Positions 16,994 to 24,725 of a stretch of DNA of 24,725 nucleotides are shown one piece after another. Positions within the stretch are counted from its first letter, which is position 1, and every line of letters starts with the position of its first letter. The stretch comes from a virus (taxonomy: Duplodnaviria; Caudoviricetes), in the IMG/VR virus record IMGVR_UViG_3300021964_008821, positions 1 through 24,725 of that record, one strand, 5' to 3'. Below the pieces are notes generated by a model that was given only the letters and a program-made list of their open reading frames with translations, was not told where the DNA came from and did not search any database. A program made the translations under genes and the position numbers.

Positions 16994-17499
16994 TAGAGCA
17001 ATTTGTCCAGTTGTATAATTTCGCTCTGTCTAGAAACTTCTTTAACAAAATATGCACACGGAGGATTTAAATCATCATTTAACGGAACAGTTAATAATTG
17101 TCCGTTTTTCATTTTAGGAAAATACCATTTAACATCTTGATAGATGTTAAGTATTTCAATAGGCATATATTCTGTTCGATATCCTGCAATTGGATTGAAA
17201 ACCATTGCGTCAAACCCACGCTCATTGATTGATGTCAGCGGAAGTATTTCTGGATCTAATCCGGATTCGCTATCTGCTACAACCATACACCAATCCAAAG
17301 GCATCTGTACTTCGTATCCTCCTATGTTTAACAGTATTGCAGGACTGTTAAATGATTCTAAAAATATAAGAGGCATAAAAAAGAAATCCGGCTCTTGAGG
17401 ATTGCTGTTGTCTAAAACATTAAATCTCGTACCCTCATCTACCTCCTCTGGCAATTCATTTAGATCAAATGCTCTATTTTCTAACGTTAATATTTTCAT
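16993..17499 (-). CDS. Hypothetical protein, possibly a non-catalytic Hint-like fold
   Basis: Coupled 168-aa ORF. Strand spacing is reminiscent of Hint domains (see findings). Confidence 0.7.
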   Translation of the reverse strand: MKILTLENRAFDLNELPEEVDEGTRFNVLDNSNPQEPDFFFMPLIFLESFNSPAILLNIGGYEVQMPLDWCMVVADSESGLDPEILPLTSINERGFDAMVFNPIAGYRTEYMPIEILNIYQDVKWYFPKMKNGQLLTVPLNDDLNPPCAYFVKEVSRQSEIIQLDKLL

Positions 17500-18131
17500 T
17501 TAGTTTTCCTCATAATTACATTTCTGTGATCATCGTCCCAATCACTTATCTGATATCCAAGTGTTTGACAGAAAGCAATAGCATCTCTATCAGTTCCTTC
17601 TTGTTCTATTATTAATAAAGGCGAGTATTTTTCTATGGTATTAACACACCCTTTTAAAACTTTAAGTTCATATCCATCTACATCAATTTTAATATAATCT
17701 ATATCTGGAAGATTAAATTCGTCTAAGGTATAAAGTTGTTCTTCGTACCAATTCTCTTTAGGAATTTTTCCAGCGGTCATGCTTCCGCCGCCACTTACTT
17801 TTTCTATCTTATGTTCGTCAGCTAGTCCGCATTTAAAATGTGTTATCTTTTTTAAATCTACGTTTTTATGAAAAAGTTTTCTTTTTCTATAATCAAAACA
17901 AAATACATGATTAAAATCTTTATGAAGATATCTTGTGTACTCTCCATCACGACATCCGATATCTACAGCATTTCGATAATTTTTTATATAAGGAATACTT
18001 TTAATCCAAGTTAATTTACAATGATGATTTGGAAATTCCTTAGTTCCATCTGGACTGCAAAAAAAGTCTCTATCAAACCATTCCCATTCGAATGGATTTT
18101 CTTTAAAGGTAGTAGGTTCTAAAGGATACAT
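17496..18131 (-). CDS. FkbM-like SAM methyltransferase
   Basis: AVDIGCRDG, TLDEF, YIKIDVDGYELKVLKG and PLLIIE. Confidence 0.85.
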   Translation of the reverse strand: MYPLEPTTFKENPFEWEWFDRDFFCSPDGTKEFPNHHCKLTWIKSIPYIKNYRNAVDIGCRDGEYTRYLHKDFNHVFCFDYRKRKLFHKNVDLKKITHFKCGLADEHKIEKVSGGGSMTAGKIPKENWYEEQLYTLDEFNLPDIDYIKIDVDGYELKVLKGCVNTIEKYSPLLIIEQEGTDRDAIAFCQTLGYQISDWDDDHRNVIMRKTK

Positions 18132-19585
18132 TAAATATTAATCTTTGTAATTGTAAATGGATATTTCGCTTCTTTGTAAAATTTCTTACGTTCTGTTAAA
18201 TGACGCTTGGCATACTTACAGGTTGACGTTAAGTCCCAGATTTGCACGAAATCTTTGTCCTCCGCTTTGCGAATGCCACGCCCGATACTCTGGATAACCC
18301 TAACAAATGACTTACCAGGTTCAATAAGAACGAGGTTAAAAATCCTAGGGATATTAATACCAACAGCGGCAACACCATAAGTAGCAACAATAATCTTGTT
18401 ATCACTCGTTTTAATTTCATCATACTCCTCCTTGCGTTCGTCTAGTTTTACAGATCCGCTAATGAATACAGCATCCGGTAAGCGTTCCATTAGCTTATTT
18501 CCAGTATCAATCCTATTAACTAGTACTAGAGTATTTCCTGATTGGCTAACATCATTGATAGTTTTTGCCATCCATGTTAGTCTAGTATCATCTGTAACAA
18601 GAAAAGTATACTCTTCCTGATAGTTTCTAAATTGTTCTACATCTAAGCTCTGTAAAATATTAATCTGTAGATTTGCTAAAACATTTTTTTGTTGCAAATC
18701 ATATGCACTGACTCTATTTGTAACAGGTCCTATGCTGGCTAACAAACTTTGATATTGCCATTCTTCTTTAGGAATCGTTCCTGTAAGTCCCCAACGTATT
18801 ACACAGTTTTTAAAATTTTGTGTCAATAATTTTTTGAGAACATCTGCTTTTGCCTGATGGACTTCATCAATAATTATAGCACTAACTCCTTCTGCGAATT
18901 CTGCTAGAGATAATGTGTCTGAATCATAACTCTTTTTATCTAAAACATTTAGACTCTGCCAAGTGCAGATAGTGTGTGTGCGTCCTAGTTCTTTTCTGTC
19001 ACCGAAGTACACACCCACATCTAATCCTAAGTTGATGTAATCCTCTTCTGTCTGGACTACTAAACTCTTGTTAGGAACGATAACCATAGTCCTACCATAC
19101 GGCTCACACAGTTGGCTTAGTGTTGCTGTGGTAATAGTCTTTCCAGCACCAGTAGCGACTTCTTGTAATGACTGCGGATTCTCCAAAAACTTATTAACTA
19201 CGTCATATTGATAGTCACGTAACACGATAGGCTTACCTTCTTCGCCGTGTCCTTTAGGCCATACTTTTTCTTGATCTGCCCAATAATTTTCGTCTATCTT
19301 TTTGAAGTCAAACGTAGTAGGATGTCGTAAGTCCTCAACTTCTATTTCATAACCGTCGCCTTCTACTATCGGAAGAATAGTTTCGAGATGTGCTAAGAAT
19401 CCAGTACCGCCTATTCCAAAGAAGCTTACAGTGCCGTCCCATCTTCCTAATCTATAAGCAGGCATATGTCTGGCATATGGCAATTCATACTTTAGTTTGT
19501 TCGCTATTTTTCTCCGTGTTTCGACAGCAAGTCCATCTAACTTAATGTTAACTTCGTCTTTAATTACTAATTTACAATTTGCCAA
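18131..19585 (-). CDS. uvsW: UvsW-like superfamily 2 DNA helicase
   Basis: Q motif LRDYQ, ATGAGKT, IIDEVH, GLTGT, AVGINIP and QSIGRGIR. Confidence 0.9.
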   Translation of the reverse strand: MANCKLVIKDEVNIKLDGLAVETRRKIANKLKYELPYARHMPAYRLGRWDGTVSFFGIGGTGFLAHLETILPIVEGDGYEIEVEDLRHPTTFDFKKIDENYWADQEKVWPKGHGEEGKPIVLRDYQYDVVNKFLENPQSLQEVATGAGKTITTATLSQLCEPYGRTMVIVPNKSLVVQTEEDYINLGLDVGVYFGDRKELGRTHTICTWQSLNVLDKKSYDSDTLSLAEFAEGVSAIIIDEVHQAKADVLKKLLTQNFKNCVIRWGLTGTIPKEEWQYQSLLASIGPVTNRVSAYDLQQKNVLANLQINILQSLDVEQFRNYQEEYTFLVTDDTRLTWMAKTINDVSQSGNTLVLVNRIDTGNKLMERLPDAVFISGSVKLDERKEEYDEIKTSDNKIIVATYGVAAVGINIPRIFNLVLIEPGKSFVRVIQSIGRGIRKAEDKDFVQIWDLTSTCKYAKRHLTERKKFYKEAKYPFTITKINI

Positions 19586-20762
19586 TCTCTACCTCACTGT
19601 ACGGGGTTGGTTCAAACTCATTAGCAAATACAACACACGGATGACTAGAAATCCATTCTCTAGTTAACCTTGTACTCGCTGGAATTAATGCGTTTGTTAT
19701 TAACATTTTAACAGAAATGTTATCTTTAAACAACCACTTAGGTGGTTTATGGTTAAAAATGTATATCTTACCATCTAACATTTTTCCACCGTATCCTTTG
19801 TTCGCTACCCATTCGTTAAAATTAGATTCGTCATTGGCTCTAGTTCTAAATCCAACTTTGATATCTGTATTTTTATATCCTGCGGCTTCTGCTGAAGACG
19901 TAATCTGTTCAATCCAATCTAATCCGTCTTGAGATCGATCCATTATAATAGCTATTTTTCCTTCTATATCCAGGCACATCTCAAAAAGTTCTCTAGTATT
20001 ATGTTTCCAAAAGAACATATTGGTATTTGTAGATGCTATACGTTCCATGTGAGTAATAGGGTTTTTGTCATATAACAATCCCATACTTTTGGCTAGAAAT
20101 AAATCATTATTAATATTTCCATTTTTATTATTATCGAACCATTGTTGTGTTTCTTCATTTACATTTTTGAGGATGACTTGATTTTCAAACACTGTACATC
20201 TAGGAAGTATATCTTCTTGATTTTGCCATATCTCTTCCACTTCACTTAGTGCTACCATGAAAGTTTCATCTATTTCAAATTCATATTTCTTACAAAATTC
20301 ATAAATGTGTATTAGATTGGCTTCATAGATGTTTATGGTTCTAATCTTCCGTTCTGGATGCCACATAGCTCTTGCGGATTCGTTTGTTGTGGGAAACAAC
20401 TCAACATCAAATGCTTCTAATAATTGATAAGGGAACTTTAAACAGACATTAATATTTTTTTCATTATCAGTTTCTACGAAAACTTTCTTGCTCATATCTA
20501 TGACACGGAACGGTTGTGCCCATTGAGGATTTTTTATATCCTCGATATAATCAACACCTATGTCGGCCATAGTATTTTTATATTTCTCTAGTATTCTTAA
20601 AATATAATTTCCTTGATTTTTCGTAAGAGCGTTGCCGTTTGATATAGTAGTATAAAAACTAGAAGCCGCAGTTCTATCTTGATGCTGTATGACTACACCT
20701 TGGACCAATATGGTTGAATAAAATTCGAGAAAGATATCTTCTATGTATGAACTCTGAGACAT
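19572..20762 (-). CDS. Hypothetical protein (396 aa) co-transcribed with the UvsW-like helicase
   Basis: Long ORF overlapping the helicase start. Contains a LKFPY...WHPERK segment. Confidence 0.8.
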   Translation of the reverse strand: MSQSSYIEDIFLEFYSTILVQGVVIQHQDRTAASSFYTTISNGNALTKNQGNYILRILEKYKNTMADIGVDYIEDIKNPQWAQPFRVIDMSKKVFVETDNEKNINVCLKFPYQLLEAFDVELFPTTNESARAMWHPERKIRTINIYEANLIHIYEFCKKYEFEIDETFMVALSEVEEIWQNQEDILPRCTVFENQVILKNVNEETQQWFDNNKNGNINNDLFLAKSMGLLYDKNPITHMERIASTNTNMFFWKHNTRELFEMCLDIEGKIAIIMDRSQDGLDWIEQITSSAEAAGYKNTDIKVGFRTRANDESNFNEWVANKGYGGKMLDGKIYIFNHKPPKWLFKDNISVKMLITNALIPASTRLTREWISSHPCVVFANEFEPTPYSEVEIGKL

Positions 20763-20768
20763 TTTTAT

Positions 20769-20797
20769 ATTATAACAAGTTTAAAATGCTATGTCAA
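20769..20797 (-). promoter_or_regulatory. Perfect-consensus sigma70 promoter
   Basis: TTGACA (20797-20792), 17-nt spacer, TATAAT (20774-20769). It ends 6 nt upstream of the ATG at 20762. Confidence 0.85.
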
Positions 20798-21624
20798 GCA
20801 TTAATAAAGGGTTCTAAGCGTTTTAACGGAATACCTTGGGCTATTTCTTCTACGGTCCATTCAGTATGGCAAAGTTTTAAGAACCATTCTTCTCTATCCG
20901 GAAGTGAAATTTTTTCAATTTCTTCAAACTTTGACGATACAGGATATGCTAAACTACTCAAATCACAGATACATGGAACGCCGCTGATTGCGGCTTGTAA
21001 TGCAGGACCACTATTATGATTTACAACACAATGATAATTGTAATCTATATCAAAGTCATCATAGGTGCCGGGTATCTGTTTAGGAATTTCTACTTCAACA
21101 TTTGGCAAATTTAGTTTCAACAGTGATCTAGGATGAGGTCTTACTATGATTTTTCTATCAGTATGATTTTTTATTTCATCGACTGTTTGTTTTACCCAAA
21201 GATCCATTGGAGGCATACCTTGCCACTGAAGACTTTTTTGATGTTGTGTAGCTAATAAGATTTCAGATTTTCTATTTTTGTTTTCTTCTTTTAAAGAAAC
21301 GCCTAATTTTTTAGGTCTATCTAGATCTAAGTCATTCTCATTAGCAAATTGTCCTAGATTATTAATATGCCCTATAGAAATTCTCCAGGTTATATTTCTT
21401 CTAAGATTGCCTACTTCTATGATAATAATATTTTTTAAATTAATACGACAGTTATCGTAAATGGCTTTGTTTTGCGCCATTCTTCCATTCCATAACACTG
21501 ACCAAATAACAGGAACGCCATCATTAGTGATATGATGTCCAAGAGACTTGAGTCCTTGCTCAAATGCATCAAACACAGGATGGCTGTTGAGTGCTCCGTA
21601 TTCGCGATATAATCTAAAGTTCAT
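20794..21624 (-). CDS. KpsS/KpsC-like glycosyltransferase paralogue
   Basis: ILLATQHQKS, VRPHP, NHNSGPALQAAISGVP and REEWFLKLCHTEW. Confidence 0.65.
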   Translation of the reverse strand: MNFRLYREYGALNSHPVFDAFEQGLKSLGHHITNDGVPVIWSVLWNGRMAQNKAIYDNCRINLKNIIIIEVGNLRRNITWRISIGHINNLGQFANENDLDLDRPKKLGVSLKEENKNRKSEILLATQHQKSLQWQGMPPMDLWVKQTVDEIKNHTDRKIIVRPHPRSLLKLNLPNVEVEIPKQIPGTYDDFDIDYNYHCVVNHNSGPALQAAISGVPCICDLSSLAYPVSSKFEEIEKISLPDREEWFLKLCHTEWTVEEIAQGIPLKRLEPFINA

Positions 21625-21631
21625 AGGTTTC

Positions 21632-21653
21632 TATAAATAACTGAGTATTTAAT
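21632..21653. promoter_or_regulatory. Pair of oppositely oriented T4-late-like promoters
   Basis: Exact TATAAATA (+, 21632-21639) and ATTAAATA (-, 21653-21646). Each lies 21 nt from its ATG (21661 and 21624). Confidence 0.65.
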
Positions 21654-21660
21654 TAGAATT

Positions 21661-22059
21661 ATGAGTAAATTTAAAAAAAGATTATCCAAAATTACAAATG
21701 ATTTAGACAATGCTATTATCTACGGAACTGCATTTAATAAATTAGAAGAAATCTTAGATCTCTTTAATACTGTATTTGTTTTAAGTAATGATCCATTAAA
21801 AGTTAGAGCAAAAAATATTGTTTATCTTCCAGATTTACATCAGTTGAATGATTTTACAGGTATTACGATGACATTTGTTGATAAAGATAAAACTAATGAT
21901 TTGTCGCCATTGATTCCGATACTAGTTAAAGGCAACTCTATGATACTAATCGAAGGCAGAGATATTATAGGCAGAGATAAATCAAAATTACTATACACCT
22001 ATAGGTTTCAAGCAATTTCGCAATTTAAAACTTTTCATGTATGGAAACAGGGAAAATGA
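21661..22059 (+). CDS. Hypothetical protein (132 aa), possibly a degenerate Rossmann/methyltransferase fold
   Basis: Coupled to the downstream GT by ATGA. The spacing AIIYGT...TFVD...ILIEG loosely resembles methyltransferase strands. Confidence 0.7.
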   Translation: MSKFKKRLSKITNDLDNAIIYGTAFNKLEEILDLFNTVFVLSNDPLKVRAKNIVYLPDLHQLNDFTGITMTFVDKDKTNDLSPLIPILVKGNSMILIEGRDIIGRDKSKLLYTYRFQAISQFKTFHVWKQGK

Positions 22060-22895
22060 CAATTTCAGTAATAACTACTTTTCATAAAGCAGGATACGAT
22101 CTTTATGGAAAAAGAATGATCGAAACTTTTTTAAAAAATTGGCCTAGTGATATAAAGTTGTATGTCTATGCTGAAGATTGCGAAGTGACAGAATCTGCAC
22201 CTAATCTTATCGTTAAAGATTTACATTCTTCAAGTCCTGAACTAGTTGCATTCAAAGAAAAGTGGAAAAATATTCCAAAAGCAAATGGAGATGTTAGTGC
22301 TGATCCTATTAGAAGTAAAAGAAAAGATTCGGGTAAAGGATTCAAATGGCACGCCATTAGATTTGCACACAAAGTTTACAGTATTTTTTCTTGTGCTAAC
22401 GAATGTAATACAGAATGGCTGTTGTGGATGGATGCCGATACTATATGTCATAGTCCAATCACACTGAAAGACATTAACAGAATGCTTCCAGGTAAGAAAG
22501 AACTTTGTTATCTTGGTAGAAAAGGAAAGTACAGCGAATGCGGACTCTATGCGATGCATCTAACCACTCCAGGATGTAGAGAATTTCTCAAGGAATTTCA
22601 GCGTGTCTATGACGAAGCAGAAACTGGAATTTTTACTATGGCAGAATGGCACGATAGTTTTGTGTTTGATAGGGTTCGTGAAAAATTTAATTTAAATTCA
22701 TTTAATTGGAGTGAATCGTTATCAGATCTAAGACCTAACCCTCGAATGTCAACAGGAGAAGGCCATCCGTTAATCAACTGCGAGTGGGGTGCTTGGTTAG
22801 ATCATCTTAAAGGTGGAAGGAAACATTTAGGCAAAAGCAAAAGAGATGATTTAAAAATACAACGTACAGAACCTTACTGGCAACAGTTTAGATAA
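22056..22895 (+). CDS. GT-A fold glycosyltransferase
   Basis: VITTF..GY..Y, AIRFAHK, WMDADT, YLGR..YSECG, WHDSFVFD and DHLKG. Start placed at 22056 because of the ATGA overlap and alignment with the paralogue. Confidence 0.78.
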   Translation: MTISVITTFHKAGYDLYGKRMIETFLKNWPSDIKLYVYAEDCEVTESAPNLIVKDLHSSSPELVAFKEKWKNIPKANGDVSADPIRSKRKDSGKGFKWHAIRFAHKVYSIFSCANECNTEWLLWMDADTICHSPITLKDINRMLPGKKELCYLGRKGKYSECGLYAMHLTTPGCREFLKEFQRVYDEAETGIFTMAEWHDSFVFDRVREKFNLNSFNWSESLSDLRPNPRMSTGEGHPLINCEWGAWLDHLKGGRKHLGKSKRDDLKIQRTEPYWQQFR

Positions 22896-23808
22896 ATCTT
22901 CTAAAAAACTGCCAAGCCTCTCCTGATTTCATTTCATTAAAATTCCAATGGCACATAGAAATTTTTTCAATCCAGCTCTGTCTTTCAGGTAATTTAGGAT
23001 TTGGTAAATCAGCAAGATTTAAATTAGATACAGGGTAACTTTGACTATACATCGGTTGAGGATCGGTAAGAAATGCTGGTATTCCTTCTATAATACTAGC
23101 GACACTAGGACTACTATTATAAACTACAGTAGCCCAAGCATTCTGTAAATCGTCTGTTAATCTCGGATTGCGACTTATGGTTACATTTTTATGATTTATT
23201 CTTATCATCCTAGGCATTTTTTTATCACCAGGATGCAATCTAATAATTATTGGCATTGTAGGCATGTATTGTCTTACTTGGACGATAGTTTGATCTAACC
23301 AAACCTGTGCAGGCAACCCCCTCATGGACCATCCGCCGTTTCTTTGTAAACAGATTAAAATATGTTGACCTGATGTTCTCCAAGGTTTTAATGAGATCCC
23401 TAAATTAGTACTAATTTTCTGCCATCTTAACGGATCTGGTGCATCGTCAAAATAAAATCCAGTTGTGGGAAATACTCCGTCGAAACTATATCTTAAATAG
23501 GTTTTTGTATTTCCCGGATCTGCATATAAGAATAAATTACTATCTACAATTAAAGATTTTTTACCGCTGTTTTTTTGCATTTCTATGGCTTGAGCTCTTA
23601 ATATTAAATGAGGAGCAGTTTTTCCATGTTCGTGTACGAAACCTTGTATAAGTGCAACATCACAAGGAATAGGATTCATCCCTCTATGTGCGATTGCTTC
23701 GTCACCACTAGCCCTAACGCCTGTTAAAAAATTGTCAAGTATTAACGGTTTTTCCGGATTATTATTCCTTGCAGGAATTCCACCATAATATGCCACGGCC
23801 TTAAACAT
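22888..23808 (-). CDS. KpsS/KpsC-like glycosyltransferase paralogue
   Basis: WRTSGQHILICLQRNGG, IRLHP, YNSSPSVASIIEGIP and RQSWIEKISMCHW. Confidence 0.65.
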   Translation of the reverse strand: MFKAVAYYGGIPARNNNPEKPLILDNFLTGVRASGDEAIAHRGMNPIPCDVALIQGFVHEHGKTAPHLILRAQAIEMQKNSGKKSLIVDSNLFLYADPGNTKTYLRYSFDGVFPTTGFYFDDAPDPLRWQKISTNLGISLKPWRTSGQHILICLQRNGGWSMRGLPAQVWLDQTIVQVRQYMPTMPIIIRLHPGDKKMPRMIRINHKNVTISRNPRLTDDLQNAWATVVYNSSPSVASIIEGIPAFLTDPQPMYSQSYPVSNLNLADLPNPKLPERQSWIEKISMCHWNFNEMKSGEAWQFFRRFI

Positions 23809-24724
23809 GATATTTTCGTACTACAGCTAACGCTGTACCATTTAATAATTCTTCTTTTGTAAACTGACTGTAACTTAATGCACATAACCAATTTGCTAAA
23901 TTTCCTCGATACAAGTTGTTTACATCACTTAATTTGTTCACGGTTACTGGATTAGTAATATGGCGATCTAAAGTAATCGCCGGAATTCCTGCCCATATCG
24001 CTTCGGTAGCGGCATTACTATTAATGTTTACTATACAGTAATAATCCTCATCGCATAATTCTTTGTAAAGATTGGTTCTTTCATTTTTAGGTGCTTTTTC
24101 ACGAAATTTAATTTTTTTATCTGTATATTGTTTTAACTCTTTTTCAACATCATACTTCCATGTTTTCAGATCGCAATGAAAAATTTGAGCCGCGAACGGT
24201 CCTGGTTCTATGATTAGAATATATTCACCGTTTTCTCTCCATTGTGCTGGAAAAGATTTAAAATTTCCTAATCTATCTACAGGCGCCTCGAACAGTTTCC
24301 CATAGTGCAAATGATTTTGTATTAATCGATGCCAACGTTTGTTTGGTTCTAAAAAATTAGTATATCCGCTATCTATAAACCAGAAAGGATAATTATTATC
24401 TACTTTGGTAACTAATAATTTTTCATTACCAACGGTATTTCTAATTAAACAATTTTCTGAATAGTCAGTAAACTCTGTTCTGCGTACCATAACTGCATTT
24501 TTATCAAGATCAAATCCTACACTTTTTACAAAATTTTGTTTTTTATTTTTTTTGTAGTTTTCTAAAATAAATTCTAAACCAAAGTGTTTAATAAAAAATT
24601 CTATGTTTCCATGAACCTTTTCATAATAAAAATTTCTTCTATTCTCTAGCTCTTGATTAACTTGATCTCGATAATGTTTCATATCACGAGTTACAGCAGA
24701 TAGTATCTTATCTTTAAATTTTTT
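23801..24724 (-). CDS. Divergent KpsS-like paralogue, probably 5'-truncated by the window
   Basis: WRENGEYILIIEP, INSNAATEAIWAGIP and WLCALSYSQF. The frame stays open upstream of the Met at 24682 to the window edge (KKFKDKILSAVTRD). Confidence 0.6.
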   Translation of the reverse strand, partial: KKFKDKILSAVTRDMKHYRDQVNQELENRRNFYYEKVHGNIEFFIKHFGLEFILENYKKNKKQNFVKSVGFDLDKNAVMVRRTEFTDYSENCLIRNTVGNEKLLVTKVDNNYPFWFIDSGYTNFLEPNKRWHRLIQNHLHYGKLFEAPVDRLGNFKSFPAQWRENGEYILIIEPGPFAAQIFHCDLKTWKYDVEKELKQYTDKKIKFREKAPKNERTNLYKELCDEDYYCIVNINSNAATEAIWAGIPAITLDRHITNPVTVNKLSDVNNLYRGNLANWLCALSYSQFTKEELLNGTALAVVRKYHV

Positions 24725-24725
24725 T

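Noticed and set aside
9833-18131. Bacterial O-antigen/capsule locus, or DNA methyltransferases of a restriction-modification system
   Set aside because: The genes are embedded among T4-like core genes with no export or polymerase membrane genes. The methyltransferases lack DPPY/NPPY or PCQ DNA-MTase motifs.
22041-22055. Upstream start (METGK) for the + strand glycosyltransferase
   Set aside because: The ATG at 22056 gives an ATGA coupling with the previous gene and matches the paralogue's N-terminus.
1338-23651. Numerous 60-115 aa antisense or alternative-frame ORFs in the supplied track (e.g. 1338, 2645, 5134, 12187, 20714, 22242)
   Set aside because: They lie within or largely overlap well-supported genes and carry no motifs; they are shadow ORFs.
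1-24725. tRNA, rRNA, CRISPR array, transposase, homing endonuclease, intrinsic terminators
   Set aside because: No cloverleaf, regularly spaced repeats or relevant protein motifs were seen. No GC hairpin followed by a clear U-tract at gene ends could be supported by eye.

Overview
This window is a segment of a large, T4-like (gp41/gp61/UvsW-type) dsDNA bacteriophage genome. It is densely coding, mostly on the minus strand, and uses the standard genetic code. The left half is a DNA-replication module: replicative helicase, primase, probable clamp-loader small subunit, a Zn-finger protein and a remarkably small (193 aa) DnaE/Pol III alpha-like protein. Interleaved with these are a Pol-beta-type nucleotidyltransferase, an N-terminal-only carbamoyltransferase with an un-annotated 37-aa partner peptide, a probable virion protein and an SGNH-like hydrolase. 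The right ~15 kb is an AT-rich glycan synthesis and decoration island that surrounds a UvsW-like helicase operon. It holds GDP-mannose 4,6-dehydratase, a sugar cupin, three GT-A-like glycosyltransferases, four KpsS/KpsC-like paralogues and seven SAM methyltransferases. Two promoter classes are visible: near-consensus sigma70 promoters positioned to give leaderless mRNAs for replication genes, and T4-late-like TAAATA motifs before structural and glycan genes. No tRNA, rRNA, CRISPR array or transposase was seen. All functional calls come from motif recognition by eye, not database searches.
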